A DNA stretch of 64,000 nt from Candidatus Latescibacterota bacterium (GTDB lineage: Bacteria; Latescibacterota; UBA2968; UBA8231). Made by a program: the position numbers and the translations under genes. Positions 17,987 through 27,723 of this stretch are shown in pieces (the first letter of the stretch is position 1; each line of letters starts with the position of its first letter). Below the pieces are notes generated by a model. That model was not told the DNA's origin and made no database searches. It was given only the letters and a program-made list of their open reading frames with translations. The stretch is taken from contig CBDBIJ010000110.1 of NCBI GenBank assembly GCA_965205655.1, positions 46,623-110,622 of the forward strand. The letters run 5' to 3'.

Positions 17987-18940
17987 TCACTCGGCATTCG
18001 CTCTTCGAATCCTCGCGACTTCTGACTCGGCACTGTCGGCTGCGGCGTCGCGCTGTAGCTCTCTCAGAAGTGCCGCCAGGTCCTCAAGGGCCGCGGCGCG
18101 TTCGAATGGGTCGCCGACGTGAGCGTAGATTTCGGCCGCGGTGCGATACATCGACAGAGCCTCCTGGTGGCGCTGCTGCACGTCGTAGAGCACGCCCAGG
18201 GCGTGATGGGTCCTGGCGAGATGACTTCCATGACCGGTGCTCTCGGTCTGGATCTCGAGGGCCTGTAGGTACATCCCCTCCGCTTGCTCATAGCTGTCGT
18301 TGATGTACAGATCGAATGCCCGCGCGTATAGCATGAGGCCCATTGAGAGCGCTGCCAGTGAGTCGGCGCGAACGCTGTCGCCGCGGGCGCTATAGGTCTT
18401 GCCCAGGCCTCCGAGAGTGTACGCCAGGAAATCATCGTGAGGCTCGAGCGCAGTGATTCCCTCGTCCTTCATCGACAGGATCTGCAAGTAAAGAGATTCG
18501 GAGCGCGAGTAGTCTTCGCGGGCCAGGCTGAGGTCGGCGAGGCTCGCCAGAGTGCCGACGATCAAGTACCCGGGGGCGTGATCGGCGTCTTGACCGTTCG
18601 TCTGAGCCGTCAGGAGGCGCTGGTAGAGGCTTTCGGCTTTTGCCACTTCACCGCGAATCGCGTGGACGCGGGCAAGTCCTCCCAAAACCCTGGCAAACTC
18701 TTCGCCGGTTGCCAGCTCCTCACGGTCCGGAGCTCGCTCGATGGCCGCGGCGGCGGCTCGGTAGTGCCTGGCGGCGGCGTCGAATTGACGTCGCTGCGCG
18801 GCGTCCTCGGCTGCCATCAGGCGCTGTCTCCAAGCCTCGTGTTCGCCCTCCGAGCTCCCGTCATCCCCACCGCAGGCGCAAAGGGCGCACACACTTGCGA
18901 GAGCAAACAGCAGGCGGTTGGAGAATGCTCTGTCCCGCAT
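17987..18940 (-). CDS. TPR-repeat exported protein or lipoprotein
   Basis: Lipobox-like LCACG and repeated AESLYxxxL TPR units. Start set downstream of the terminator at 18980-19012. Confidence 0.75.
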   Translation of the reverse strand: MRDRAFSNRLLFALASVCALCACGGDDGSSEGEHEAWRQRLMAAEDAAQRRQFDAAARHYRAAAAAIERAPDREELATGEEFARVLGGLARVHAIRGEVAKAESLYQRLLTAQTNGQDADHAPGYLIVGTLASLADLSLAREDYSRSESLYLQILSMKDEGITALEPHDDFLAYTLGGLGKTYSARGDSVRADSLAALSMGLMLYARAFDLYINDSYEQAEGMYLQALEIQTESTGHGSHLARTHHALGVLYDVQQRHQEALSMYRTAAEIYAHVGDPFERAAALEDLAALLRELQRDAAADSAESEVARIRRANAE

Positions 18941-18979
18941 TGTATCGAATACGCTGCTGGCGCTTCTGATTCGACCCGT

Positions 18980-19012
18980 AAAAAAACCCCCGGAAAGCGG
19001 CTCTCCGGAATC
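18980..19012 (-). terminator. Intrinsic terminator after tRNA-Val(CAC)
   Basis: Minus-strand hairpin TTCCGGAGA-GCCGC-TTTCCGGGG followed by a T-run. Confidence 0.6.
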
Positions 19013-19039
19013 GTGCCAGCTCTCCAAGGCTCAGTTCAT

Positions 19040-19071
19040 GGTGACGTGAGCTATGGGTGACGTGAGCTATG
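19040..19071. repeat. Perfect 16-bp tandem duplication GGTGACGTGAGCTATG x2
   Basis: 19040-19055 and 19056-19071 are identical; 1 bp from the tRNA-Val CCA end. Confidence 0.85.
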
Positions 19072-19072
19072 A

Positions 19073-19149
19073 TGGTGGGCGATACTAGATTTGAACTAGT
19101 GACCTCTGGTATGTGAAACCAGCGCTCTAACCAACTGAGCTAATCGCCC
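19073..19149 (-). tRNA. tRNA-Val(CAC)
   Basis: GGGCGATTAGCTCAGTTGG..., anticodon arm CTGGT-TTCACAT-ACCAG, CCA end. Confidence 0.96.
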
Positions 19150-19256
19150 ATTTTTTATCCGCGATGAAATTAGATCTCCCCCGCGGCCGCTGCAAGAATC
19201 GTCCGCGACCGGGACAGACAATATAGGAGCCCGCGGAGCCCGTATCTAACGGTCTC

Positions 19257-20639
19257 CTATACCAGCTGATGCGCTCGTTCCTCCTTGAATACCTTGACTA
19301 CATGCCTGAGGGCGTTCGCCGTGTGTTGGATATCGTCTCCCGTGTGGACGGCGGAGACAAACCCCCCGGGCCAGGAGTTGACATCGACGCCCTGCGCCAG
19401 CATTCCTGAGCGGACTTCCTGCGACAGCGATGCCGGAGCCCCGTCCTTCAGATCCTTGTAATGGAGCGCTCCGGCGAGGATATCGTCGGCCGTGACGTCC
19501 AGATCATTGTTGTTGGGGAAAATGTGAAGGTCGGAGGAGATGCCGTAGACGACCCAGTTGACGCCCTCGTCGCGGATGACCTCTCTCAGGGCGTCGCGCA
19601 GCATCGCTCCATTCCGTGTTGCCCTCTCCACGATGTCCGTCGTCTTGATGAGCTCCAGCTGCACCCGTCCGGCGGCGGCGGACAGCGGGTTGGCGTTGTA
19701 GGTCCCGAAATGGGCAATACGGCGCTCGGTGTTCCACTGTGGATCGTCCCTCAGCGTCAGCATGTCCATGATCTCGGCGCTGCCGACGACGGCGCCACCT
19801 GGCAGGCCGCCCGCCACCACTTTGGCCAGGGTGGCCATATCTGGCTTGATGCCGAGGAGTTCCTGGGCACCTCCGCGGGCGACTCGAAAACCGCAGATCA
19901 CCTCGTCGAATATGAGCAGGACGCCGTGCTGTTCGGTCACTTCCCTGAGCTGCTTCACGAACTCCGGCGGCGCCGGGACCTGCCCGAAGGCAGTGCCGGT
20001 GGGTTCGAGGATGACGGCGGCGATGTCGTCAGTGCTCTGAAGAATCTGGCTGACGCGATCGATTTCGTTCGGAGGACACATGACGATGTTGCTCGCCATT
20101 TCCGGCGTGATACCCGCCGGCAGCGAGCCGTCATAGTGAGAGGTGGAGGCGAAGGCGACCTGATCGTGCCAGCCGTGGAAATGACTTTCGAATCGGAGGA
20201 TCTTGTTTTTTCTCTTGAAAGCCCGGGCAATGCGAAAGGCCATGAGAGTCGACTCGGTACCGGACGACGTGAACCGGACTTTTTCAGCGCACGGCACGAG
20301 CTCCGTGATGAGGTCGGCCCACTCCACTTCCATCTCGTGGGATGCGCCATAGTGCGTTCCGAGGGCGACCTGCTCCCGAACGGCCTCGACGATTACGGGG
20401 TGGCTGTGACCCATGATGAGGGCTCCGTGTCCGCCGAAGTAGTCGACGTACTCGTTGCCGTCCACGTCCCATTTGCGCGATCCCTGCGCCCGCTCCACGA
20501 ACGGTGGATAGGGGTTGTGCAGTCTGGAGTCGTGGGTGACGCCGCTGGGGAAGGATGCGAGCGCCCGCTCGTTCAGGACCTGAGACTTTGGCGTCTTCTC
20601 TACGTACTCGCGGATCAGCGTTGATTTGTGCTCACTCAT
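19257..20639 (-). CDS. Class-III PLP aminotransferase (glutamate-1-semialdehyde aminomutase-like)
   Basis: WDVDGNEYVD, FTSSGTES, FHGWHD, LIFDEVICGFR, TLAKVVAGG, GTYNANP. Not confidently the true hemL. Confidence 0.85.
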   Translation of the reverse strand: MSEHKSTLIREYVEKTPKSQVLNERALASFPSGVTHDSRLHNPYPPFVERAQGSRKWDVDGNEYVDYFGGHGALIMGHSHPVIVEAVREQVALGTHYGASHEMEVEWADLITELVPCAEKVRFTSSGTESTLMAFRIARAFKRKNKILRFESHFHGWHDQVAFASTSHYDGSLPAGITPEMASNIVMCPPNEIDRVSQILQSTDDIAAVILEPTGTAFGQVPAPPEFVKQLREVTEQHGVLLIFDEVICGFRVARGGAQELLGIKPDMATLAKVVAGGLPGGAVVGSAEIMDMLTLRDDPQWNTERRIAHFGTYNANPLSAAAGRVQLELIKTTDIVERATRNGAMLRDALREVIRDEGVNWVVYGISSDLHIFPNNNDLDVTADDILAGALHYKDLKDGAPASLSQEVRSGMLAQGVDVNSWPGGFVSAVHTGDDIQHTANALRHVVKVFKEERAHQLV

Positions 20640-21017
20640 GGGTTCCTCCTGCAAGAGCCGTTGCTCTTTCTCCTCCATCTATCCACAATGACAGCGGAAT
20701 TAATAAAAGGTCATAGCGCCCGTTTGCCAATCCAATTAAGGAAAGGTCCTCGAAACGCCGGGCGTCGTTCCTGCCAGTTGATTCTTTTATCGGGATCCGA
20801 GAGTTTACGTGCAGGCATCGGCGCTTCCCGCCGGTCGACCATCCTCCCCCATCTCCGCTTTATCGGCATCGGCCGGCGATTGCTCCCAGGCCTTCGAGGT
20901 CTTCGTGTACGTGGGATCGATTCTTGCCACCTGAATGGAGCTAGCGGCCGCTGAACGGCGTTGTAACAGCAGGGGGTGTGACAAAATGAAACAGATATGT
21001 GTCGAAACGGGCTCGCG

Positions 21018-22925
21018 ATGAGGGCGCACGACCGCATCGATCTAGAGGGAGGTCTCAGGAAGCTGGGCCTCGCGGAGTTCCGCGGAGGCCAACGGCAGGC
21101 AATCGAGACCCTGCTCGAGGTGGGGCGGCTCCTCCTCGTCGCCCCCACCGGGGGAGGGAAGAGTCTGACGTATCAACTTCCGGCTGCGTGTCTGCCGGGC
21201 ACGGCCCTCGTCGTGTCGCCCTTGATATCGCTCATGCACGACCAGGTTCAGGCTCTCGAAGAGCGCGGCGTCGCCGCGACATACCTTGCCGGCACGCTCG
21301 ACGGAGACCAGCTAGGACGCCGCATGGCGGCGGCGGCGCGCGGAGCCTTCAAGCTCGTCTACGTCGCCCCGGAGCGCCTCGCGCACGAGGGTTTCCGCGC
21401 CATGCTCGCGAAGCTCCAGTGCTCGCTCGTTGCCGTGGACGAAGCCCACTGCATCAGTCAGTGGGGGCACGACTTTCGCCCGGAATACATGCAGATCGGC
21501 GAGTTGCTCGAGCAGCTTCCACAGGCGCTCGTGCTCGCCTGCACGGCTACGGCGACGCCGGTTGTGCGCGATGAGATCCTGGAACGGCTTCAGATGCCTC
21601 CCGATACGCCGCAGATACTGCGCGGTTTTGCCCGTCCCAACCTGGCGCTGCGGGTTCGCGAATCCGCCAGCAAGGCTGAGCGCCGGCTTCTCGTTGACGT
21701 TACTCTGCACAAAAGTCTCGGCGAGCCGGGCCAGGCGGATGGCACGGCAATCATCTATGCGCCGACACGCCGGAGCACGGAGCAGGAGGCAGATCGCCTG
21801 CGGCAGGCCGGTTGGGTCGCCGCCGCCTACCACGCCGGAATGGACGGTGGGCACCGAGAGCAGGTACAAGGAGCATTCGCCGGCGGCGAACTGGAGGTGG
21901 TGGTGGCGACGAACGCCTTCGGAATGGGGATTGATCGCCACGATGTGCGCTGCGTCATGCATCTGGCCCCACCGGACTCGCTCGAAGCCTACTATCAAGA
22001 GGCCGGGCGGGGCGGGCGCGACGGAGGAGATGCGATCTGTCTCCTGATCGTCTCGCCGGGCGACATGGCCCTGCGCCGGCATCTCATTGAGAGGGACGTC
22101 GAGGGTCGCGAGCCCGACGAAGAGACGGTGCGTCACAAATGGAATCTATTTTTAGAGCTCATGAGGTGGGCGGAAGGCGGCGGCTGTCGACACGACGCCA
22201 TCCTGCGCTACTTCGGCGACGAGGCGGAGACCCTGCACGGCTGCGGTCGCTGTGACGTGTGTCTCGAACTCGCCGAGGATCATTGCGATCCCGAAGAGGT
22301 CAGCACGATCGTACGCAAGGCCCTCTGCGGAGTAGCCCGGATCGATGGACGCTTCGGAATTCAAGCCGCCGCCAAGCTTTTGCGCGGCGCTGCCGACGAG
22401 CGTCTGCAATGGTCGGGCCTGGAGCACACGCCGACATTCGGAGTGCTGGCTGACCACCCGGAAGAATGGCTGCTCAGGCTGCTGCGACGCTGCGTCACAG
22501 CCGGATGGATAGACTTTTCCGGAGGAGAGAGGCCCGTGGTCGTCCTCACCGAGGAGGGCCGGTCGGTCATTCACGCCAGGCGGCCGGCGCGACTGCTGCT
22601 GCCGCCGCTGGCGCGAGCGCTGCCGACAGCGGGGTCGTCGGCGCAAGTTCGGCGGAAGAAATCCGGGAGTGACTTCGACAGCGAGCTCGACGAGTCGGGA
22701 AGGGCTCTCTTTGAGGCCTTGCGCGCATATCGCATCGAGACCGCTCGCGAAGCAAAGGTGCCTCCCTACGTCATCGCCAGCGACCGCACCCTGCGCGACA
22801 TCGCAGCGCTTCGCCCCGACAGCATCGAGGAGCTCAAGCTGGCGCACGGAATAGGACCGTCCAAGGCCGAGAAGTACGGCGAAGACCTGCTCCAGCTGAT
22901 CAGGACAGCCGACCGAAGTGAATAA
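21018..22925 (+). CDS. recQ: RecQ-family ATP-dependent DNA helicase (Zn, RQC and HRDC domains)
   Basis: PTGGGKSL, VDEAHCISQWGHDFRPEY, TATAT, VATNAFGMGID, YYQEAGRGGRDG, CR..YFG..CGRCDVC, HRDC motif VPPYVI. Confidence 0.93.
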   Translation: MRAHDRIDLEGGLRKLGLAEFRGGQRQAIETLLEVGRLLLVAPTGGGKSLTYQLPAACLPGTALVVSPLISLMHDQVQALEERGVAATYLAGTLDGDQLGRRMAAAARGAFKLVYVAPERLAHEGFRAMLAKLQCSLVAVDEAHCISQWGHDFRPEYMQIGELLEQLPQALVLACTATATPVVRDEILERLQMPPDTPQILRGFARPNLALRVRESASKAERRLLVDVTLHKSLGEPGQADGTAIIYAPTRRSTEQEADRLRQAGWVAAAYHAGMDGGHREQVQGAFAGGELEVVVATNAFGMGIDRHDVRCVMHLAPPDSLEAYYQEAGRGGRDGGDAICLLIVSPGDMALRRHLIERDVEGREPDEETVRHKWNLFLELMRWAEGGGCRHDAILRYFGDEAETLHGCGRCDVCLELAEDHCDPEEVSTIVRKALCGVARIDGRFGIQAAAKLLRGAADERLQWSGLEHTPTFGVLADHPEEWLLRLLRRCVTAGWIDFSGGERPVVVLTEEGRSVIHARRPARLLLPPLARALPTAGSSAQVRRKKSGSDFDSELDESGRALFEALRAYRIETAREAKVPPYVIASDRTLRDIAALRPDSIEELKLAHGIGPSKAEKYGEDLLQLIRTADRSE

Positions 22926-22958
22926 GGCGGTCGTCAGCGCATGTGCTCACGACCGCCT
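22925..22958. terminator. Hairpin between convergent recQ and tRNA genes
   Basis: AGGCGGTCGT...ACGACCGCCT inverted repeat. Confidence 0.55.
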
Positions 22959-22976
22959 CTTACGCCTGCTCGATAG

Positions 22977-23053
22977 TGGTGGGCCCAGTAGGACTCGAAC
23001 CTACGACCAACGGATTATGAGTCCGCCGCTCTAACCAACTGAGCTATGGGCCC
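22977..23053 (-). tRNA. tRNA with CAT anticodon, probably tRNA-Ile2 (lysidine-modified)
   Basis: GGGCCCATAGCTCAGTTGG...CTCATAA...GGTTCGAGTCC...CCA. The G1-C72 pair rules out an initiator tRNA; the body resembles Ile2. Confidence 0.9.
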
Positions 23054-23163
23054 TTCTGTCAGAGCTGGGATAATGAAGCTAGGGGACGCGGATTGACGGT
23101 CAAGGCCGAATCGCGAGAGGCCTCAACTGTGAAAGATTTGCTACGAACTCCTCGCAGTCGCTG

Positions 23164-24936
23164 TCAGTGGGTTCCCAAACTCTGGCGGGCCCGGATGAGC
23201 TCCGCGACTTCGGCGTTGATGCGGGAGACATCTCCGTCCTGAGAGTCCTGCACGGCTTCTCGAAGCTCCCGTCTCGACTGCTGTATCTGACGGGTCAGCG
23301 CCTCCTTCTGGAAACGCAGGATATGGTCTTGCCACTGCTCTCGAACATGGGACTCGTCGAAGCCCTCCATCGCACACAGCGAGATGAGCTGCGTCAGCGA
23401 CTCGTCTTCGACGCCGCTCATCAGCTGGGATAGATCGAGGCTGTCCGTGTCGCCATGCTCTTCGAACAGAAGTCCTGCAAGGCGGCAACACCTCGCGTCG
23501 GTCATGTCGTTCGGCTCGAGTTGTTGCGCCGTTGGCGCGATGAGCTCGGGATGAAGCAGAAGGAGACCGAGGAACTCCCGCTCCGTTCTCGGCGGATCGG
23601 GCAACTGCTCTGACGGCGCCTCGCCGGGCTCAGGGCGGCGTTGGGGGCCGCGCTGCAGCGAGCGCTGCACCGTCTGCCGCAGGGCTTTCTCGTCGATGCC
23701 GAAACGTTCCGCCGTGCACCGGAAGAGGTGATCGAGGCGCACGGGCTCCCGGCACCGGGCAAACAGGGGTTGTACCGCCTGAACGGCTCGATCTCTGCCA
23801 CCCAGGCTCCGCAGATCGAACTGGTGCGCGAGCTTTGAGAGGAAGTAATCGAGCGCCGGCTCGGCTGCCTCGATAGCGGCCTCCAGCGACGCTCGGCCTT
23901 CCGCGCGCACGAATGAGTCCGGATCGTGATCCCGGGGAAGCGACACGACGCCGGCATCGACCCCGGCTGCGAGCAGCACCTCGATGCCGCGCATGGCAGC
24001 CGTCGATCCGGCGGAATCTCCGTCGAAAAGCAACACGACCCGGTGTGTGTAGCGCCCCAGCGTGCGGCAGTGCTCTTCTGTGAGGGACGTGCCCGATGAG
24101 GCGACGACGTTCGGGACTTCGTGTTGCACGAGACTGAGGACATCCATGTAGCCCTCCACGACGATGGCGCAATCTCGCTTGCGGATGTCGTCGCGCGTCG
24201 AGCTCAGCCCGTACAGAACAGAGCTCTTGTGATATATGGGAGTCTCGGGCGAGTTGAGATATTTCGGCTCGTCATCCGATGCGAGCGCGCGGGCGCCGAA
24301 CCCGACGGTTCGGTCGGACAGATTGGCGATGGGGAAGATGAGGCGATTTCGAAAGCGATCGTAATGACCGGGGCCCCTGCGGCTCGGCAGTGCCAGTCCG
24401 GCCTTCTCGAGGAGCTCGGGTTTGAAACCGCGGCGATCCGCCACTGGGAGGAAGTCCGTCCATCCGCCCGGGGCATAGCCGAGGGCGAAGCGATCGATCG
24501 TCTCGTCCGCGATGCCGCGCCGGCGAAGGTAACCCAGCGCCGCGGCTCCCACCTCCTGACCCAGCATATGGTGGAAGTACTTCTTCGCCAGCTCGCTGGC
24601 CCTGAAGAGCTGGTCGGCGACCTCGCTCTCACCGTCACCTTTGCGAGGCAGCGGAATGCCAGAGCGGTCGGCGAGAAAGGAGACGGCTTCGACGAAGCTG
24701 ACTCGATCGACTTCCTGCAGAAACGTGAAGATGTTCCCCCCTGCACCGCAGCCGAAACAGCGATATATCTGCAGCTCCGGATTGACGCTGAAAGAGGGAG
24801 TCTTCTCGTCATGGAAGGGACACAGACCGAAGAAGTTCCGACCGCGCTGCTTCAGCTGTACGTGCTCCGATACGACGTCGACAATATCGGCTGTCGAACG
24901 GATGCGATCGATAGTCTCTTCGGGGATGCGGGCCAT
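23164..24936 (-). CDS. dnaG: DNA primase
   Basis: CHC2 zinc finger CPFHDEKTPSF...CFGC, DRFRNRLIFPI, KYLNSPET, TOPRIM VEGYMD and FDGD.AG. Confidence 0.97.
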   Translation of the reverse strand: MARIPEETIDRIRSTADIVDVVSEHVQLKQRGRNFFGLCPFHDEKTPSFSVNPELQIYRCFGCGAGGNIFTFLQEVDRVSFVEAVSFLADRSGIPLPRKGDGESEVADQLFRASELAKKYFHHMLGQEVGAAALGYLRRRGIADETIDRFALGYAPGGWTDFLPVADRRGFKPELLEKAGLALPSRRGPGHYDRFRNRLIFPIANLSDRTVGFGARALASDDEPKYLNSPETPIYHKSSVLYGLSSTRDDIRKRDCAIVVEGYMDVLSLVQHEVPNVVASSGTSLTEEHCRTLGRYTHRVVLLFDGDSAGSTAAMRGIEVLLAAGVDAGVVSLPRDHDPDSFVRAEGRASLEAAIEAAEPALDYFLSKLAHQFDLRSLGGRDRAVQAVQPLFARCREPVRLDHLFRCTAERFGIDEKALRQTVQRSLQRGPQRRPEPGEAPSEQLPDPPRTEREFLGLLLLHPELIAPTAQQLEPNDMTDARCCRLAGLLFEEHGDTDSLDLSQLMSGVEDESLTQLISLCAMEGFDESHVREQWQDHILRFQKEALTRQIQQSRRELREAVQDSQDGDVSRINAEVAELIRARQSLGTH

Positions 24937-25452
24937 GGGAGGCGAATGCTGCGGGCCGTTGGCGGCTCGCCGGGCTCGATGCGTTTCGGTTAAGCTACCT
25001 TGCCACTGTTACCCAGTCAAAAGGAAGGGTGACAACCACTGGTGGTGTCATCGATCCAAACTTTACCCCTCCCGTTGTGGTTGGTCGAGCATTTATTTAA
25101 CAGGCTTCATGGAACCGTCGCAAGCCTGCTGCACCGCGGGAGTCGAGGCTGCCTGATTGTCGGCGGACGCGTGTGGTGTCCTGTATCACAGTCCGATCTT
25201 GCCGAGAGGCGTATCTTTCACATCGTCTTGTTGTCCGATCTGTCCGCCCGGGTGGCTGGTAGTGACAGCGGGTGTGCGGACGTAACTCAATACGTGGCAA
25301 CCGGTTGTGTGTTTTCAGCGGCATCGAGGGCTTGGGGGGAGATTTTGTTGTCCGGCCGCCTCCGTTGGCCGGTCGCGAGCTTTCCAATAGGTTGCAGACC
25401 AGGGTGAAATTTGGGTGTTTCGCCGCGAACGGGGAAGTCTACAAGAAATTCC

Positions 25453-25480
25453 TTGACTTGGGGTGACAATGCCCTAAATT
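25453..25480 (+). promoter_or_regulatory. Putative sigma70 promoter for the 25655 gene
   Basis: TTGACT-N16-TAAATT. Confidence 0.4.
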
Positions 25481-25654
25481 AAGCACGCTTTTCCCGATCT
25501 ATATGAGAAGTAAATCCTGTTCTCGACTTGAGTTGGGAGAATTCGACCACGCGCGTTGAAACGGCCGCGCGCCGCGACGGCGTCAAGGTGTGTGCTCCAC
25601 GATTGACAGTTTAAATGTGTCTCAAAGTGAAATCGACGAGGAGGATAAGGGATT

Positions 25655-27421
25655 ATGTCGAGAGGTAACAAGATGTTCTTAACCAGCGCTGGGCTGCTGT
25701 TTCTGGCTGTGGCAATCATGTGGGCGAACCCTGCGGCGGCACGCTCAGTCACGGGTTCAGTTGCAGCGGTGGACAACGTAGCTCCCGATCCTCCGGCCAG
25801 TGCGGAAGCCTTCCCCGGTGCGGGTGGTGTCGACGTGTCCTGGGAACTGTCCCCCTCGGAGGGAGTGCGCCAAACGGCAGTTGGTAGAGACTTCACGTCG
25901 TTTGGCACCTTCGCCAACACGCGCGACGTAACGGGCTACAATGTCTGGTACAGCGAGAGTGGAGCTGACTTCGTGGCAATCCCGGGCGCCAGTGGCGGCC
26001 CCCCGACTGTAGGCCCTGGCGTGAGCGCCTACCTGGATGAGGGCGCCGTTAGCGGCCCCAGCTATGTCTACAGAGTGACGGCCTGGGACGGAACGAACGA
26101 CAGCGACCCCACCGAGACCGGTCCGGTGAGTCTCGGCCCGCCGCCGGTGCTCATCATGGCGACGGACGACATCGATCTCGGCTCGGTCGGCCCTGGCGGC
26201 ACCAGCTCTGAGACCGTCACCGTGACGAACGATGCTGACGACGCCGAGGCCCTGCTGTTCGTCCGACTCGAAGTGGAAGGCGACGGCTTCAGCGTCTCCG
26301 ACGAGTCGATCACCGTCGCCGCGAACGCCTCGGGTACCTTCGACGTGAGTTTCGATGCGACGGGCGTCGGCGACCTCAACGGCGACTACGTGGGAACCCT
26401 GACGGTCAGCACGAACGACCCGGATCCGGATGACCGCGTGGTCGAGATTGGTCTGAGCGCCACAGTCGCAGGTGGCGTCGATGTGGCGAGCGTTTCGCTC
26501 AGCGCTGAGTCAATCAGCTTCGGCCAGGTTCTTATCGACGAGACTTCGGACAGGACACTGACGATCACAAACAATGGCGGCCTCGACCTCGAAGCGACAC
26601 TGGCGCTTGCCGGAGACTCCGAATTCACGATTTCTACCGACATGGCAACCGTCGCAGCTGGTACCACCGCTGACGTGACTGTGACTTTCTCGCCGGTAGC
26701 GGAAGCGACCTCTTCTGCTACACTGACTGTTTCGAGCAACGATCCCCACAATCCGACTCTCGATGTGTCCCTGTCCGGTAGCGGCGTGACCGAAATCGTC
26801 GGGCCAGGGGTGGTGCAGGTCACAGTCCAGGACGTGCAGATGACCTTCGCCATGGATCTGAACCTCACGGATCAGATGGCCGTGGACGATTTCACGGCCG
26901 CTTTCAAGACGGCACTCGCCGCTGAGCTGGGCATTTCCGTGGACAGAATCATCAACATCACTCTCACTGCGGGCAGCACGATCGTCGACTTCCAGATCAT
27001 CGAGGATGCTGACCCGGCGAGCACGGAACCTTCCGCTGCTGCTGCGGTGACCGCTCTTGAGACTGCAGTCACTACCGATGCGACGGTTTTCTCGGGTCTC
27101 AATCTCGGTGATGCCTCCGGCGTTGCAGGTGTCGCCATGGCAGTCAGCATTCAGCCGGTCGACGACAACGGCAACGCGATTCTGGGTTGGTTCACGCGCG
27201 GTGGCACGTCGGTCAGCTTGGATGACTTCTTTGCCTTCGACGATGCCTTCGGCAGCGCTGTCGGTGAGCCATCCTTTGACACCCTGTTCGACATCGCCGG
27301 TGACACGGCGAGTGACCCCCCCGACGGCTCTGTCGGATTCGGTGACTTCTTCCGCTTCGCCGATGACTTCGGCAAGACGGTTGCCAACGCCGCTGATGTC
27401 CAGGCGTTGCTCGGAATCTGA
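25655..27421 (+). CDS. Secreted surface protein: FN3-like head, two choice-of-anchor-D/ASH-like Ig domains, SEA-like module, EF-hand/dockerin-like tail
   Basis: Signal peptide ending ANPAAA. DNVAPDPP..W.LSP..GYNVW..Y.YRVTA. Two 'I.FG.V....S....TITN.G...L.VS.NDP' domains. LAAELGISVDRI..TAGSTIVDFQI. DDFFAFDDAFG/GDFFRFADDFGKT. SD GAGGAGG/AAGGGA. Confidence 0.82.
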   Translation: MSRGNKMFLTSAGLLFLAVAIMWANPAAARSVTGSVAAVDNVAPDPPASAEAFPGAGGVDVSWELSPSEGVRQTAVGRDFTSFGTFANTRDVTGYNVWYSESGADFVAIPGASGGPPTVGPGVSAYLDEGAVSGPSYVYRVTAWDGTNDSDPTETGPVSLGPPPVLIMATDDIDLGSVGPGGTSSETVTVTNDADDAEALLFVRLEVEGDGFSVSDESITVAANASGTFDVSFDATGVGDLNGDYVGTLTVSTNDPDPDDRVVEIGLSATVAGGVDVASVSLSAESISFGQVLIDETSDRTLTITNNGGLDLEATLALAGDSEFTISTDMATVAAGTTADVTVTFSPVAEATSSATLTVSSNDPHNPTLDVSLSGSGVTEIVGPGVVQVTVQDVQMTFAMDLNLTDQMAVDDFTAAFKTALAAELGISVDRIINITLTAGSTIVDFQIIEDADPASTEPSAAAAVTALETAVTTDATVFSGLNLGDASGVAGVAMAVSIQPVDDNGNAILGWFTRGGTSVSLDDFFAFDDAFGSAVGEPSFDTLFDIAGDTASDPPDGSVGFGDFFRFADDFGKTVANAADVQALLGI

Positions 27422-27440
27422 CCGAAAAATCATCTCTTTA

Positions 27441-27475
27441 GCCATGTCCCCGCTACCAGGGGGCAGGGTTTTTTT
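27441..27475 (+). terminator. Intrinsic terminator
   Basis: TGTCCCC-N7-GGGGGCA stem followed by a T7 run. Confidence 0.6.
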
Positions 27476-27636
27476 GTGCGGTGTCCCCGATCAGTCCTGT
27501 TCAGCGTGGGATGGGCCGATGTGGGGTGCGGCTCGATGAGTGACGGGGATCACGGCGCCGAACCCTCCCGCCGGGTATGGTTCACAGGCACTCGCTCGAG
27601 GCAGACTGTCGACCTTCAGGGGCGACTTTTTTCTGC

Positions 27637-27665
27637 TTGACCTTCGCCTATCGCCAGTGTAGCTT
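27637..27665 (+). promoter_or_regulatory. Putative sigma70 promoter for the 27724 gene
   Basis: TTGACC-N17-TAGCTT. SD GAGGAGG lies before the ATG. Confidence 0.5.
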
Positions 27666-27723
27666 TTCACTTACGCCAATTCGTAGAGGCGGGAAGATCC
27701 CTCTTTGAGAGGAGGCAACGCCG

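Noticed and set aside
19257..20639. Assigning hemL
   Set aside because: The HemL-typical PGGVNSPVR N-terminal motif is replaced by PSGVTHDSR and no hem genes are adjacent.
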